Positions 11,897 to 22,291 of a stretch of DNA of 64,000 nucleotides are shown here, piece after piece; position 1 is the first letter of the stretch, and every line of letters begins with the position of its first letter. The stretch covers positions 480,001 to 544,000 of the forward strand of contig OZ223300.1 in assembly GCA_965140705.1 (NCBI GenBank), written 5' to 3'. The translations under genes and the position numbers were made by a program. The notes beneath the pieces are model-generated. The model did not search any database, had not been told where the DNA came from, and saw only the letters and a program-made list of their open reading frames with translations. The stretch comes from an uncultured Arcobacter sp. GTDB lineage: Bacteria > Campylobacterota > Campylobacteria > Campylobacterales > Arcobacteraceae.

Positions 11897-13105
11897 ATGA
11901 ATATTAATTTTAAAGAATTAGCAAACAAATATAAAACACCTTATTATGTGTATGATTTTGATTATATTACAAGTCAATATAATGAATTAAAAGATGCTTT
12001 TAAAGCTAGAAAATCATTAGTTGCATATGCTGTTAAAGCAAACTCGAATTTATCTGTTATTAAACACCTTGCCAATCTTGGTGCTGGTGCTGATTGTGTA
12101 TCTATTGGTGAAGTAAGACGTGCTTTAAAAGTAGGGATTGCTCCTTATAAAATCATTTTCTCAGGGGTTGGGAAAATTGATGATGAGATAAGAGAAGCTC
12201 TTAATTTAGATATTTTAATGATAAATGTTGAAAGTGATGCTGAATTAAATAGAGTAGAGATGATTGCAAAAGAGTTAGGTAAAATTGCTCGTATCTCTAT
12301 TAGAGTTAATCCAAATATTGACCCTCAAACACATCCATATATTTCAACTGGATTACATGAGAATAAATTTGGAGTTGATATTGATACTGCAAAAAGAATG
12401 TATATCCAATGTAAAAACTCGGATAATCTAGATCCTGTTGGAATTCATTTGCATATTGGTTCTCAATTAACCCAATTAGACCCTATAAAAGAGTCTGTAA
12501 AAATTGTAGCTGATTTAGTTAGAAATTTAAAAGCTATAAAAATAGAGTTATCTTTTATGGATATTGGTGGAGGACTTGGTATTGTTTATGATAATGAAAA
12601 ACTTATTGATACAAATGAGTATGCACAATCAGTATTAGAGACTATGTTTGGACTTGATATAACAATTGTATGTGAACCAGGTAGATTTATGGTTGGAAAT
12701 GCTGGAATTTTTATTACAAAAGTTTTATATGAAAAAGTAAATGGTGATAAAAGATTTGTGATAGTTGATGGGGCTATGAATGACTTAATTAGACCAGCTT
12801 TATACAACGCTCAACACAAAATTGAAGTTATTGATAAAAGTTCAGATATATCTGATTGTAATTTAGTTGGACCTATTTGTGAAAGTGGAGACTTTTTTGC
12901 AAAAAATATTGAATTACCAAAAACTGAGCATAATGATTTAGTGGCTATTTATTCTGCAGGGGCCTATTGCTTCACGATGGCATCTAACTACAATACAAGA
13001 GGTAGAGTTGCTGAAATTGCTATAGAGAATGGTCAAGATAGACTTATAAGAAAAAGAGAAACTTTTGAAGATATAATTGCACTTGAAGAGGAATTTATAA
13101 AATAA
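11897..13105 (+). CDS. lysA: Diaminopimelate decarboxylase
   Basis: YAVKAN, HIGSQ, EPGR, GPICESGD, MASNYN. Confidence 0.97.
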   Translation: MNINFKELANKYKTPYYVYDFDYITSQYNELKDAFKARKSLVAYAVKANSNLSVIKHLANLGAGADCVSIGEVRRALKVGIAPYKIIFSGVGKIDDEIREALNLDILMINVESDAELNRVEMIAKELGKIARISIRVNPNIDPQTHPYISTGLHENKFGVDIDTAKRMYIQCKNSDNLDPVGIHLHIGSQLTQLDPIKESVKIVADLVRNLKAIKIELSFMDIGGGLGIVYDNEKLIDTNEYAQSVLETMFGLDITIVCEPGRFMVGNAGIFITKVLYEKVNGDKRFVIVDGAMNDLIRPALYNAQHKIEVIDKSSDISDCNLVGPICESGDFFAKNIELPKTEHNDLVAIYSAGAYCFTMASNYNTRGRVAEIAIENGQDRLIRKRETFEDIIALEEEFIK

Positions 13106-13885
13106 ATGAATAAAGCTTATTTCATTGATGTACAAGGTACATTAATTGATGATATTAATAAAGATCCAATAAATGGTGCAATAGAATTTATTGACACTTT
13201 AAATGAAAAAAATATACCTTATGTTGTAATTACAAACAACACTAAATTTAAAAGCGAAGATTTTAAAAAGTTTTTAAATGACAAAGGATTTAATATAAAA
13301 AATTATATTGATCCTTTTTATATCTTAAACACTGTAACAAAAGAGAAAAGAGTTGCAGCATTTGGGGCAGATGAATTTTTAAAAACTATGATTGATTTGG
13401 GTTATGTTTTAGATTATGAAAATCCAAAAGAGTTAATAGTCTCTATTAAAAAAGATTATACAAATGAAGATTATGCTTCTATGATAGAAATTGCTCTAAA
13501 AGTAAATAGCATAATTGGTATGCATGATACTTCTGTATACTCAAAAGATGGAAGAAGATATCCAGGTGTTGGGGCAATTATGAAGATGATAAAATTTGCA
13601 ACTAATAAAGACTATAAGGTAGTTGGAAAACCATCTATTGGATTTTTTAAAAGTGCCAAAGATATTATTAATGTAGATTTTAAAGATATAATGATAATCT
13701 CTGATGATATGATAGGTGATTTAATAGGAGCTCAAAACTTAGGCATGAGCTCTTGTTTGGTATTAAGTGGAAAAATAAAAAGTAAAGAAGAGATACTATC
13801 TACTTTAGAAGAAAATGATAAACCTAATTTTATTTGTAAAGATATGGGTGAAGTTTTGAATCTTTTAAATAAAGGTGAAATATGA
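13106..13885 (+). CDS. HAD-superfamily subfamily IIA hydrolase (NagD-like)
   Basis: FIDVQGTL, ITNN, VVGKP, SDDMIGD motifs. Confidence 0.88.
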   Translation: MNKAYFIDVQGTLIDDINKDPINGAIEFIDTLNEKNIPYVVITNNTKFKSEDFKKFLNDKGFNIKNYIDPFYILNTVTKEKRVAAFGADEFLKTMIDLGYVLDYENPKELIVSIKKDYTNEDYASMIEIALKVNSIIGMHDTSVYSKDGRRYPGVGAIMKMIKFATNKDYKVVGKPSIGFFKSAKDIINVDFKDIMIISDDMIGDLIGAQNLGMSSCLVLSGKIKSKEEILSTLEENDKPNFICKDMGEVLNLLNKGEI

Positions 13886-14949
13886 GTGAAGCTGGATTAT
13901 TAGAGTTAAGAAAAAAGCTAGATGCAATTGATGACGAACTTTTAGAACTTATTAATAAAAGAATGGATTTAGTCCATCAAGTAGGACTTTTAAAAGCAAA
14001 AAGTGGTGGGGCAATTTATCGACCTGAGAGAGAAAAAGCTATTATTGATAGACTTGATACTCTAAATAAAGGTAAATTAAATAGAGCTGCAATTGAAGCC
14101 TTCTTTTTAGAAATATTTGCAATAAGTAGAAACTTTGAATTACCAGAAAATATTGCATATTTAGGACCTGAAGGAAGTTTTACCCATCAAGCTGCGGAAG
14201 CTAGATTTGGGGCTATGAGTTCATATATTTCGATTGGTTCTATAAAAGGTGTATTTAGAGAAGTTAACACAAAAAAAGCAAGATTTGGAGTTATTCCTAT
14301 TGAAAATTCATCAAATGGAATAGTCTCAGATACAATAAATTGTCTAAGCACTTATGATTTAAAAATTATCGCAGAAGTTGTTCTAAATATACATCATACT
14401 CTTGCAACTACTTGTGATAAAGTAAAAGATATTAAAAAGATATATTCAAAAGATATTGCCTTTGAACAATGTAGAAGATTTTTAGAAAATTTTGGACTTG
14501 ATGAGGTGGAACATATTCCAGTAGAGTCAACAACAAAGGCTGCAAAATTAGCTTTAGCTGAACCAAATAGTGCTGCTATTTGCTCTCATGTTGGTGCAAA
14601 GATGTATAATCTTCCAATACTGTTTGAAAATATTGAAGATAAAGACAATAATAAAACTAGATTTTTTATTATAAGTGATTTTGAAAATGCTCAAAGTGGA
14701 AATGATAAAACTTCTATTTTAGTAAAACTACCAAATTTACAAGGTGTTTTGGTAGAGTTTTTAACTGATTTTGATAAGGCTAAAATCAATTTAACTAAGA
14801 TAAAATCACATATTGTTGAGGGTGACTCTATTTTCTTTATTGATTTTAACGGTCATAAAGATGATGAAAATGTAAAAAAAATATTAGAAAAACACAAAGA
14901 ATCTATTAAATTCTTAGGTTCTTATGTTAAAGAGATAGATGATATTTAA
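13882..14949 (+). CDS. pheA: Chorismate mutase/prephenate dehydratase
   Basis: N-terminal chorismate mutase (LRKKLDAID), YLGPEGSF, PIENS, NKTRF, C-terminal ACT domain. Confidence 0.96.
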   Translation: MSEAGLLELRKKLDAIDDELLELINKRMDLVHQVGLLKAKSGGAIYRPEREKAIIDRLDTLNKGKLNRAAIEAFFLEIFAISRNFELPENIAYLGPEGSFTHQAAEARFGAMSSYISIGSIKGVFREVNTKKARFGVIPIENSSNGIVSDTINCLSTYDLKIIAEVVLNIHHTLATTCDKVKDIKKIYSKDIAFEQCRRFLENFGLDEVEHIPVESTTKAAKLALAEPNSAAICSHVGAKMYNLPILFENIEDKDNNKTRFFIISDFENAQSGNDKTSILVKLPNLQGVLVEFLTDFDKAKINLTKIKSHIVEGDSIFFIDFNGHKDDENVKKILEKHKESIKFLGSYVKEIDDI

Positions 14950-14963
14950 TTTTAGGAAAATAA

Positions 14964-16070
14964 ATGAAATTTAATGATGTTTTAGAAAATGTTACAACTT
15001 ATGAAGCAGGAAAACCAATTGAATTAGTTGTAAGAGAATATGGTGTAGATCCAAAAGATGTTATAAAATTGGCTTCAAATGAGAATCCATATGGAACAAG
15101 TCCAAAAGTAACTGCTAAAATCCAAGAGTTAGCAAAAAATATGTTTGTTTACCCAGATGATTCTATGTATGAGTTAAAAGAGGCTTTAGGTAAAAAGTTT
15201 GATGTAGACTCATCTAATGTAATTATTGGTTCTGGAAGTGACCAAATTATAGAGTTTTGTGTACATGCAAAATGTGAAAAAGGCTCTAAAATGCTCATGG
15301 CAAAAACAACCTTTGCTATGTATGAGATTTATGGTAAACAAACAGGTTCACAAATAATAAAAACAGAATCACATACCCATGATTTAGCACAATTTTTAGC
15401 TTTATACAAAGAACATGGTGCTGATGTTATATTCTTATGTCTACCAAACAATCCTTTAGGAGAAGCTGTAGATACTAAAGATGTATATGAGTTTTTAGAA
15501 CAAATTGATAGTCAAACTTTAGTAGTAGTTGATGGAGCTTATCAAGAGTATGCTGCATATAAAGATGAAAATAAAAAAATAGTACCAAAAGATTTAATTA
15601 CTAAGTTTCCAAATACTATTTACCTTGGAACATTTTCAAAAGCTTATGCCTTAGGTGGTATGAGAGTTGGATATGGTATCGCAGGAGCTGATATTATAAA
15701 AACTCTTTATAAATTAAGAGCACCTTTTAATATTACAACTTTAACTCTAGCAGCTGCTATTGAAGCACTAAAAGATGAAGAGTTTGTAACTGCTTGTATT
15801 GTTAAAAACTTTGAAGAGATGAAAAGATATGAAGAGTATGCTAAAGCAAGAGGTTTTGATTATATTCCTTCTTATACAAACTTTATAACTATCAAGATGG
15901 GTGATAAGTTTGTATCTAAAGAAGTTGCACAAAAACTTTTAGAAGTGGGTATTATAGTTAGAGATTTAACTGGATATGGACAAAATGCAATAAGAATTAC
16001 AATTGGTACAAATGAACAAAATACAAAAGTATTTTCTATGTTGGATGAAGTGTTAGAAAAATTAAAATAG
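14964..16070 (+). CDS. hisC: Histidinol-phosphate aminotransferase
   Basis: [33 protein letters not shown]. Confidence 0.95.
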   Translation: MKFNDVLENVTTYEAGKPIELVVREYGVDPKDVIKLASNENPYGTSPKVTAKIQELAKNMFVYPDDSMYELKEALGKKFDVDSSNVIIGSGSDQIIEFCVHAKCEKGSKMLMAKTTFAMYEIYGKQTGSQIIKTESHTHDLAQFLALYKEHGADVIFLCLPNNPLGEAVDTKDVYEFLEQIDSQTLVVVDGAYQEYAAYKDENKKIVPKDLITKFPNTIYLGTFSKAYALGGMRVGYGIAGADIIKTLYKLRAPFNITTLTLAAAIEALKDEEFVTACIVKNFEEMKRYEEYAKARGFDYIPSYTNFITIKMGDKFVSKEVAQKLLEVGIIVRDLTGYGQNAIRITIGTNEQNTKVFSMLDEVLEKLK

Positions 16071-16083
16071 ATTAAGAAGAGAT

Positions 16084-17886
16084 ATGAAAATAAAAAACAA
16101 ATCGCCAAAAGAATTAGAAGAAATAAGTCAAAAAATTAGAGATAGAATAATAGATGTTGTATCTAGAAAAGGTGGACATTTTTCTTCAACTCTTGGTGCA
16201 GTTGAATTGACTGTTGGTATGCATTATGTTTTTGATTCAAGTAAAGACCCCTTTATTTTTGATGTATCTCATCAATGTTATCCCCATAAACTTATAACTG
16301 GTAGATGGGAAGAGTTTGAAACTATTAGACAATTTAATGGTCTTAGTGGTTTTACAAAACCAAAAGAGAGTGATGCTGATTATTTTGTAGCAGGGCATAG
16401 TTCTACTTCTCTTTCTCTAGCAGTAGGGGCAGCTAAAGCTATCAAACTAAAAAAAGAAGATAGAGTACCAGTTGTTATGATTGGTGATGGTTCTATGACT
16501 GCTGGAATGGTTTATGAAGCACTAAATGAAATTGGTGATTTAAAACTTCCTATGGTAATTATCTTAAATGATAATGAGATGTCAATAGCAAAACCAATAG
16601 GGGCGATTTCAAAATATCTTTCTAAGTTATTAGCTGGAAAATATTATCAAGGTTTTAAAACAAAAGTTGATAAATTTATAAAAAATAATATGCCAGAAGG
16701 TACAACATATATAGCTAAAAGAATGGAAGAGGCTATGAAGTTAATCACTCCTGGAATTTTATTTGAAGAGATGGGTATTGATTATATTGGACCTATTGAT
16801 GGACATGATATCAAAGAAGTACTTGAGACTTTAGAAATAGCAAAAGCCATGAAAAAACCAGTTATTGTTCATGCTCATACAGTAAAAGGAAAAGGTTATA
16901 AGATAGCAGAAGGTCAACATGAGTGTTGGCATGGAGTAGGACCTTTTAATGTGGAAGATGGGGCATTTGTAAAAAAAGAAGCACCGAAATCAGCAACTGC
17001 TGTTTTTGCTGATGCTTTATTAGACCTAGCTTCAAAACATGAAAATGTAGTTGGAGTAACAGCTGCAATGCCAAGTGGTACAGGTATAGATAAACTTATG
17101 AAAGAGTTTCCTGAAAGATTTTGGGATGTTGCAATTGCAGAACAACATGCTATTACTTCAATGGCTGCTATGGCAAAAGAAGGATTTAAACCTTTTATTA
17201 CTATCTATTCTACTTTCTTACAAAGGGGATTTGATCAAATTATTCATGATGTTTCTTTGATGAATATGCCAGTTGTATTTGCGATAGATAGAGCAGGAAT
17301 AGTTGGAAATGATGGAGAGACACATCAAGGTGCTTTTGATATTTCCTTTTTAAGATTTATTCCAAATATGATTTTATTTGCCCCAAGATGTAATGAAACA
17401 CTAAAATTAGGTCTTGAATTTGCTTATACTTTAAAAAGCCCAAGTGCTATTAGATATCCAAGAGGTGCATTTAAAGAAGTATGTGCACCAGCTTCACCTT
17501 TTGAATTAGGAAAAGCAGAACTTCTAAAAGAGGGGACTTCAAATAAACTTTTCATAGCTTATGGAGCAGGAGTTGGAAGAGCTTGTGAGACAGAAAAACT
17601 TCATAGTGAAGATATTGCAATCTTAGATTTAAGATTTGTAAAACCACTAGATAAAGATACTTTAAAAGAGTTAGCTAAAAAATATGATGACTGGTATGTT
17701 TTCTCAGACTCACAAAAACAAGGTGGAGTGGGAAGTGCTATTTTAGAATTTTTAAATGAAGAGAAAGTTTGTGTAAACTTGACAAGCTTCGAATATGACG
17801 ATGATTTTATACCACACGGGGATACGAAAGTGGTGGAAGAGTCGTTAGGCTTGCTACCTGCTCAACTAGCTGATAGAGTAAAATAA
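16084..17886 (+). CDS. dxs: 1-deoxy-D-xylulose-5-phosphate synthase
   Basis: GGHFSSTLG, GHSSTS, GDG...NDN, IAEQHA, DGETHQG, IRYPRG. Confidence 0.97.
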   Translation: MKIKNKSPKELEEISQKIRDRIIDVVSRKGGHFSSTLGAVELTVGMHYVFDSSKDPFIFDVSHQCYPHKLITGRWEEFETIRQFNGLSGFTKPKESDADYFVAGHSSTSLSLAVGAAKAIKLKKEDRVPVVMIGDGSMTAGMVYEALNEIGDLKLPMVIILNDNEMSIAKPIGAISKYLSKLLAGKYYQGFKTKVDKFIKNNMPEGTTYIAKRMEEAMKLITPGILFEEMGIDYIGPIDGHDIKEVLETLEIAKAMKKPVIVHAHTVKGKGYKIAEGQHECWHGVGPFNVEDGAFVKKEAPKSATAVFADALLDLASKHENVVGVTAAMPSGTGIDKLMKEFPERFWDVAIAEQHAITSMAAMAKEGFKPFITIYSTFLQRGFDQIIHDVSLMNMPVVFAIDRAGIVGNDGETHQGAFDISFLRFIPNMILFAPRCNETLKLGLEFAYTLKSPSAIRYPRGAFKEVCAPASPFELGKAELLKEGTSNKLFIAYGAGVGRACETEKLHSEDIAILDLRFVKPLDKDTLKELAKKYDDWYVFSDSQKQGGVGSAILEFLNEEKVCVNLTSFEYDDDFIPHGDTKVVEESLGLLPAQLADRVK

Positions 17887-18016
17887 AACAGCATATTTTA
17901 CCTCTATCTGCGTTGTCGAAATTTTTTACTCAGTCACTTACTAAAGCGTAAGCTCCTTCCTAAAAAACTTCTCCGCCTTGATATAGAAAAAATCTACTAT
18001 TTTCTTTTACCCTATC
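17872..18016. repeat. ERIC-like long imperfect hairpin element, copy 2
   Basis: 37-nt outer arms 17872-17908 / 17980-18016 (29/37 complementary), 16-nt inner arms, core CTTAC/GTAAG; same four conserved motifs as copy 1. Confidence 0.8.
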
Positions 18017-18071
18017 TTTGGTATACTTTTTTAGATAATTATGAAAATTTTAAATGTAAAGGCAGTATATT

Positions 18072-18266
18072 ATGAAACGATTGAATGAAGCAGGAATTAC
18101 ATTAATAATTTTTGGTTTATCTATAATTATTTTTTTTGTGATTTTCGATATTAAAAGTACTCATAAATACTCTGAATCAGAAGCTTTACCAATAGGCATT
18201 TTTTCAATATTTATGGGTTCTCTTATATTAGTAATCAAACATTATGTAAGAAAATATTATAAATAA
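18072..18266 (+). CDS. Small hypothetical membrane protein (2 TM)
   Basis: 64-aa ORF with AAAGG SD and two hydrophobic stretches. Confidence 0.55.
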   Translation: MKRLNEAGITLIIFGLSIIIFFVIFDIKSTHKYSESEALPIGIFSIFMGSLILVIKHYVRKYYK

Positions 18267-18297
18267 AATAGATCTTTTTAGACTAATTTAACTTAGT

Positions 18298-18846
18298 TCA
18301 ACCCAAAAATGCCTTCAATTTTTCCACACATAATCCCATCGCCGTACTTTCATATCCTATCACTTCTTTGATATATGGCTTACAAAATCCCTCCACCATA
18401 ATAGCTCCTGCTTTTCCTATCCATTCATTTGAGTCTAGGTAGTTTTGCATATCTTTTTCATCGAACTTTTCGAAGATGTATGTGCTGATTGATATGTCTA
18501 TTAGTTCTAGGGTTTTGCTTTTGTATTTCATACAGCTTATTACTGAGGTTTGGTTTCCACTTTGTAGTTCCAACATTCTTTTGGCATCATTTTTATCTTT
18601 TGCTTTTCTAAGTAGCAAGTTATTTGTAGTAACTACTGAATCAGATACTAAGAGGGGATATTCTTCTACTCCATATTTTTTGTATAGTTCATCAAACTTT
18701 CCTAAGGTTGCTTGATAGGCGAAACTTTTTGGGTTTTGGGTTGTGATTGTGTCTTCATCAAACTCTCCTCCACTTTGGATGAACTCTATATTATGGGCTT
18801 TTAGAATCTTAGCTCTAGTGGGTGATTTTGAACCTAATCTTATCAA
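18298..18846 (-). CDS. maf: Maf family nucleotide pyrophosphatase
   Basis: LGSKSPTR, SDSVV, KAGA, MGL. Confidence 0.92.
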   Translation of the reverse strand: MIRLGSKSPTRAKILKAHNIEFIQSGGEFDEDTITTQNPKSFAYQATLGKFDELYKKYGVEEYPLLVSDSVVTTNNLLLRKAKDKNDAKRMLELQSGNQTSVISCMKYKSKTLELIDISISTYIFEKFDEKDMQNYLDSNEWIGKAGAIMVEGFCKPYIKEVIGYESTAMGLCVEKLKAFLG

Positions 18847-18885
18847 TAAACTTCCTTTTTAATTCAATTATGATATTTTACGCAA

Positions 18886-20058
18886 ATGAAACAAAATATT
18901 AAATATAACTTACCAAAAGGTTTCGTTTTTATACTTGCAATGTTGGGCTCAATTACTCCTCTTGCTATTGATGTATATCTTCCAGCTTTTAAAAATATCG
19001 CAAACTATTTTTATACTTCTATTGATGAAGTTGAAATTACTTTAAGTATTTATCTCTTAGGTTTTTCTCTTGGACAATTAATTGGTGGCCCCTTATCTGA
19101 TAGATATGGAAGAAAGATTTTTATACTTACAGGTTTATGTATATATATTACTTTTTCTTTATTGATTTCACAAGCTTCATCTATCCATGAACTTTGGGCT
19201 TTTAGGTTTTTTCAAGCTATAGGAGGTGGTTTTGCAGTTGTAAATACAAATGCTATTATTAGAGATATTTATCATGGAAAAGAATCAGCAAGGGTATTTT
19301 CTATCATCTCTATGATTATGATGGTGGCACCTATGATTGCTCCTATTATTGGAACTACGATTTTAAGTTTTTATTCTTGGAAGTATATTTTTATATTTTT
19401 AGCTATTTATACATTTTGTATAATTTATTTTATTACAAAATTACCAGAAACTTCTCCTAAAATAAGAAATAAAAATATTTTTAAAAACTATGGAAGAATC
19501 TTTTTAAATAAAAAAGCGATACTTCTTATTTTAGCTGGTGGATTTGGTTTTTCTGGAATGTTTGTTTATATTACTAAGTCTTCATTTATTTATATGGATT
19601 ATTTTGGAGTCGATGCAAAACATTTTACGCTTTTATTTGGATTAAATGTATTTACTTTGATTATTTTTAGTAGATTAAATATGCACTTCTTAAAAAAATA
19701 TGCAACTTTTAGTTTACTTCGTTTTGGAGTATCTTTACAGTTATTAAGTGCTATAGGTTTATATGCTTTTAATGAACATAATACCATAATAAGCGTTGCG
19801 ATTTTTATTATGATATATGTAGGTGCCTTGGGATTTATTTTTGCAAATGCTATTGCTTTGGTTCTTGAAGACTTTGGGGATATAAGTGCTACAACAAACT
19901 CTTTATATGGAGTAATAGGTTTTATTATTGCCTCATTTGTTGGATTTTTAGCAAGTTATTTCCATGATGATACTTTAAGCCCAATATTTATTTTGATGGC
20001 TACTACCTCTACTTTATCATTTCTGATATTACTATATATAAAAAAATTTAAAGTGTGA
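18886..20058 (+). CDS. Bcr/CflA family MFS efflux transporter
   Basis: PLAIDVYLPAF, GPLSDRYGRK, about 12 TM segments. Confidence 0.9.
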   Translation: MKQNIKYNLPKGFVFILAMLGSITPLAIDVYLPAFKNIANYFYTSIDEVEITLSIYLLGFSLGQLIGGPLSDRYGRKIFILTGLCIYITFSLLISQASSIHELWAFRFFQAIGGGFAVVNTNAIIRDIYHGKESARVFSIISMIMMVAPMIAPIIGTTILSFYSWKYIFIFLAIYTFCIIYFITKLPETSPKIRNKNIFKNYGRIFLNKKAILLILAGGFGFSGMFVYITKSSFIYMDYFGVDAKHFTLLFGLNVFTLIIFSRLNMHFLKKYATFSLLRFGVSLQLLSAIGLYAFNEHNTIISVAIFIMIYVGALGFIFANAIALVLEDFGDISATTNSLYGVIGFIIASFVGFLASYFHDDTLSPIFILMATTSTLSFLILLYIKKFKV

Positions 20059-20061
20059 TTT

Positions 20062-20955
20062 ATGAGATATTATATTTATTTGGTTTTAGCAGTTTTATTT
20101 TGGTCTGGAAATGTTGTTGTAGGTAGATATGTTTCTACAGATATTTCACCCATGGAATTATCATTTTTTAGATGGTTTTTTGTGGTATTGATACTTTCAC
20201 CTTATACTATCAAAAATAGAAAAAGATTAATATCTATATTTAAACAAAATCCACTTTTATATTTACTTTGTGGGACTTTGGGGATTAGTGCTTATAATAC
20301 TTTTATTTATTTGGGAGTAGAGCATTTAACAGCTACAAATACTTTATTAATAAACTCTTCAATTCCTATTTTTATAATTATTTTATCTTCAATATTAATA
20401 AATACAAAAATAACAAAACTACAAGGTTTTGGAATATTCCTATCAACTATAGGAGTTATATATTTACTATTAAAAGGTGAATACGAAGCCTTAATGAAAT
20501 TAGAGTTTACAAGATATGATTTATGGATTATTTTAGCTTGTATTACTTGGGCTATATATTCTATATATTTGAAGTTTAAACCAAAAGATATAAAGCCTTT
20601 AGAGTTTTTGTCTATTATTACTTTTATTGGGGTTGTGATACTATTTTTAGTTTGTGTAATATTTGGATTTAAATTTGAGTATGGATTTTTGCATGATGAT
20701 AAATTATTATTTACTTTAATGTATGTATCAATCTTTCCTTCAGTATTGTCATTTTATTTTTGGAACAGTGCAACATATGAAGTTGGAGCTACAAAGGCTG
20801 GTCAATTTATCCATTTAATGCCAGTTTTTGGTTTTATTTTGGCATATATATTTTTAAATGAGTCTTTACATCCTTATCATATTGTAGGTATTGCTTTTAT
20901 TGCTACGGGTATTTATTTGTCAATATTTTTAAAAAGGGTTCAAGTTGCTAAATAA
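20062..20955 (+). CDS. DMT/EamA family transporter
   Basis: LFWSGN, FFRW, LMPVFG..LAYIFLNE; about 10 TM segments. Confidence 0.9.
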   Translation: MRYYIYLVLAVLFWSGNVVVGRYVSTDISPMELSFFRWFFVVLILSPYTIKNRKRLISIFKQNPLLYLLCGTLGISAYNTFIYLGVEHLTATNTLLINSSIPIFIIILSSILINTKITKLQGFGIFLSTIGVIYLLLKGEYEALMKLEFTRYDLWIILACITWAIYSIYLKFKPKDIKPLEFLSIITFIGVVILFLVCVIFGFKFEYGFLHDDKLLFTLMYVSIFPSVLSFYFWNSATYEVGATKAGQFIHLMPVFGFILAYIFLNESLHPYHIVGIAFIATGIYLSIFLKRVQVAK

Positions 20956-22219
20956 TATTTCTGGAGTATTGATCTTTTTATCTTTTCTATTTACGAATAT
21001 TGCATATTTTATAGATAGTAATCTTTTGATTTATGCAAGCTGTTTTGCATGGATAGCTTTTTTATTACTTTTTATTACTTTAGGTAAAAAGAAGATAATA
21101 GTTACACTTTTGATTTTGAGTTTATTGTGTTTTTTATTTTCATACATAAAAGGCTTTGATATAAATGTAATAAAAGCTTTGAGTATAAATCAGTATCTTC
21201 TTACTTTACTTATAGGAGTTACCTTTTTAAAACTTATTGCCACACCAAAGTTTGAAAAAAAAGCAAAAGTAGAATCAGGCAAAAGCTCTTTTTTTAAAAC
21301 TTATTTAGGAGTGCATCTTTTTGGTTCAGTGATAAATCTTTCATCTTTGATTTTAATAGCAGATAAGATGTATAAAAAAGGTCCACTATCAAAACTACAG
21401 TTAGTAGTACTTACAAGAGCTTTTTCATCAGATGCTTACTGGTCACCATTTTTTGTAGCCTTTGCAGCTGCTTTAACATACTTGCCAAACTTTGATAAAT
21501 CAACAATCTTTTTTAGTGGAATCATACTTGCTCTTATAGCTTTAATAGTGACTTATTTTGAAGTTGGGAAAAAGTTTGAATTAGAGAGTTTCCAAGGTTA
21601 TCCTATCTCTTTAGAGACACTTTATATCCCAGTATTATTGGTAATATTTATTTTGATAACAAAATATTATGAAGAGAACTTGAAAGTTATTATTTTAGTG
21701 AGTATCTATTCTTTATTATTGACTATTTTTATTTCACTAATAAAAGTAAATTTTACAAAAACACTTCACTTATTTAAACAACACATTACAAGTGATTTAC
21801 CTAAGATGAAGATGGAAATATCACTATTTTTGGTTGCTGGTTTATTTGGAGTTTCTGTTAGTACGATTTTAAATGGATACCATATAACAGTTCCTTTTAC
21901 GCAATTTACCTATGTGGAAGCTTCTATTACTTTATTAGGATTTATATTGTTGTCTTTTATAGGAATTCATCCTATTATTACTATTGCTGTAATTGCTAGT
22001 TTTTTACTTCAATTCAATCATACTTTGTTGGCAGTTACTTTTTTAATGGCTTGGGCAATTACTGTTTCTTCTTCACCTTTTAGTGGATTAAATTTGACTA
22101 TTCAAGCAAGATATAATGTAGAAGCAAAAGAGGTATTTTTATTAAATCTTCCATTTGTAATAAAGATGTACATAGTTTGCGTAATAGCACTTTATATTTT
22201 AGATAAGTTTATACTATAA
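20945..22219 (+). CDS. Multi-pass membrane protein, probable transporter
   Basis: Highly hydrophobic 424 aa with HLFGSVINL and RAFSSDAYWSPF; family not recognised with certainty. Confidence 0.7.
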   Translation: MLNNISGVLIFLSFLFTNIAYFIDSNLLIYASCFAWIAFLLLFITLGKKKIIVTLLILSLLCFLFSYIKGFDINVIKALSINQYLLTLLIGVTFLKLIATPKFEKKAKVESGKSSFFKTYLGVHLFGSVINLSSLILIADKMYKKGPLSKLQLVVLTRAFSSDAYWSPFFVAFAAALTYLPNFDKSTIFFSGIILALIALIVTYFEVGKKFELESFQGYPISLETLYIPVLLVIFILITKYYEENLKVIILVSIYSLLLTIFISLIKVNFTKTLHLFKQHITSDLPKMKMEISLFLVAGLFGVSVSTILNGYHITVPFTQFTYVEASITLLGFILLSFIGIHPIITIAVIASFLLQFNHTLLAVTFLMAWAITVSSSPFSGLNLTIQARYNVEAKEVFLLNLPFVIKMYIVCVIALYILDKFIL

Positions 22220-22291
22220 GATAATATCATACATATTTCATACATAATTTATATACTTAATAAAACTAACAATAAGAAGGGCAAATAAACT

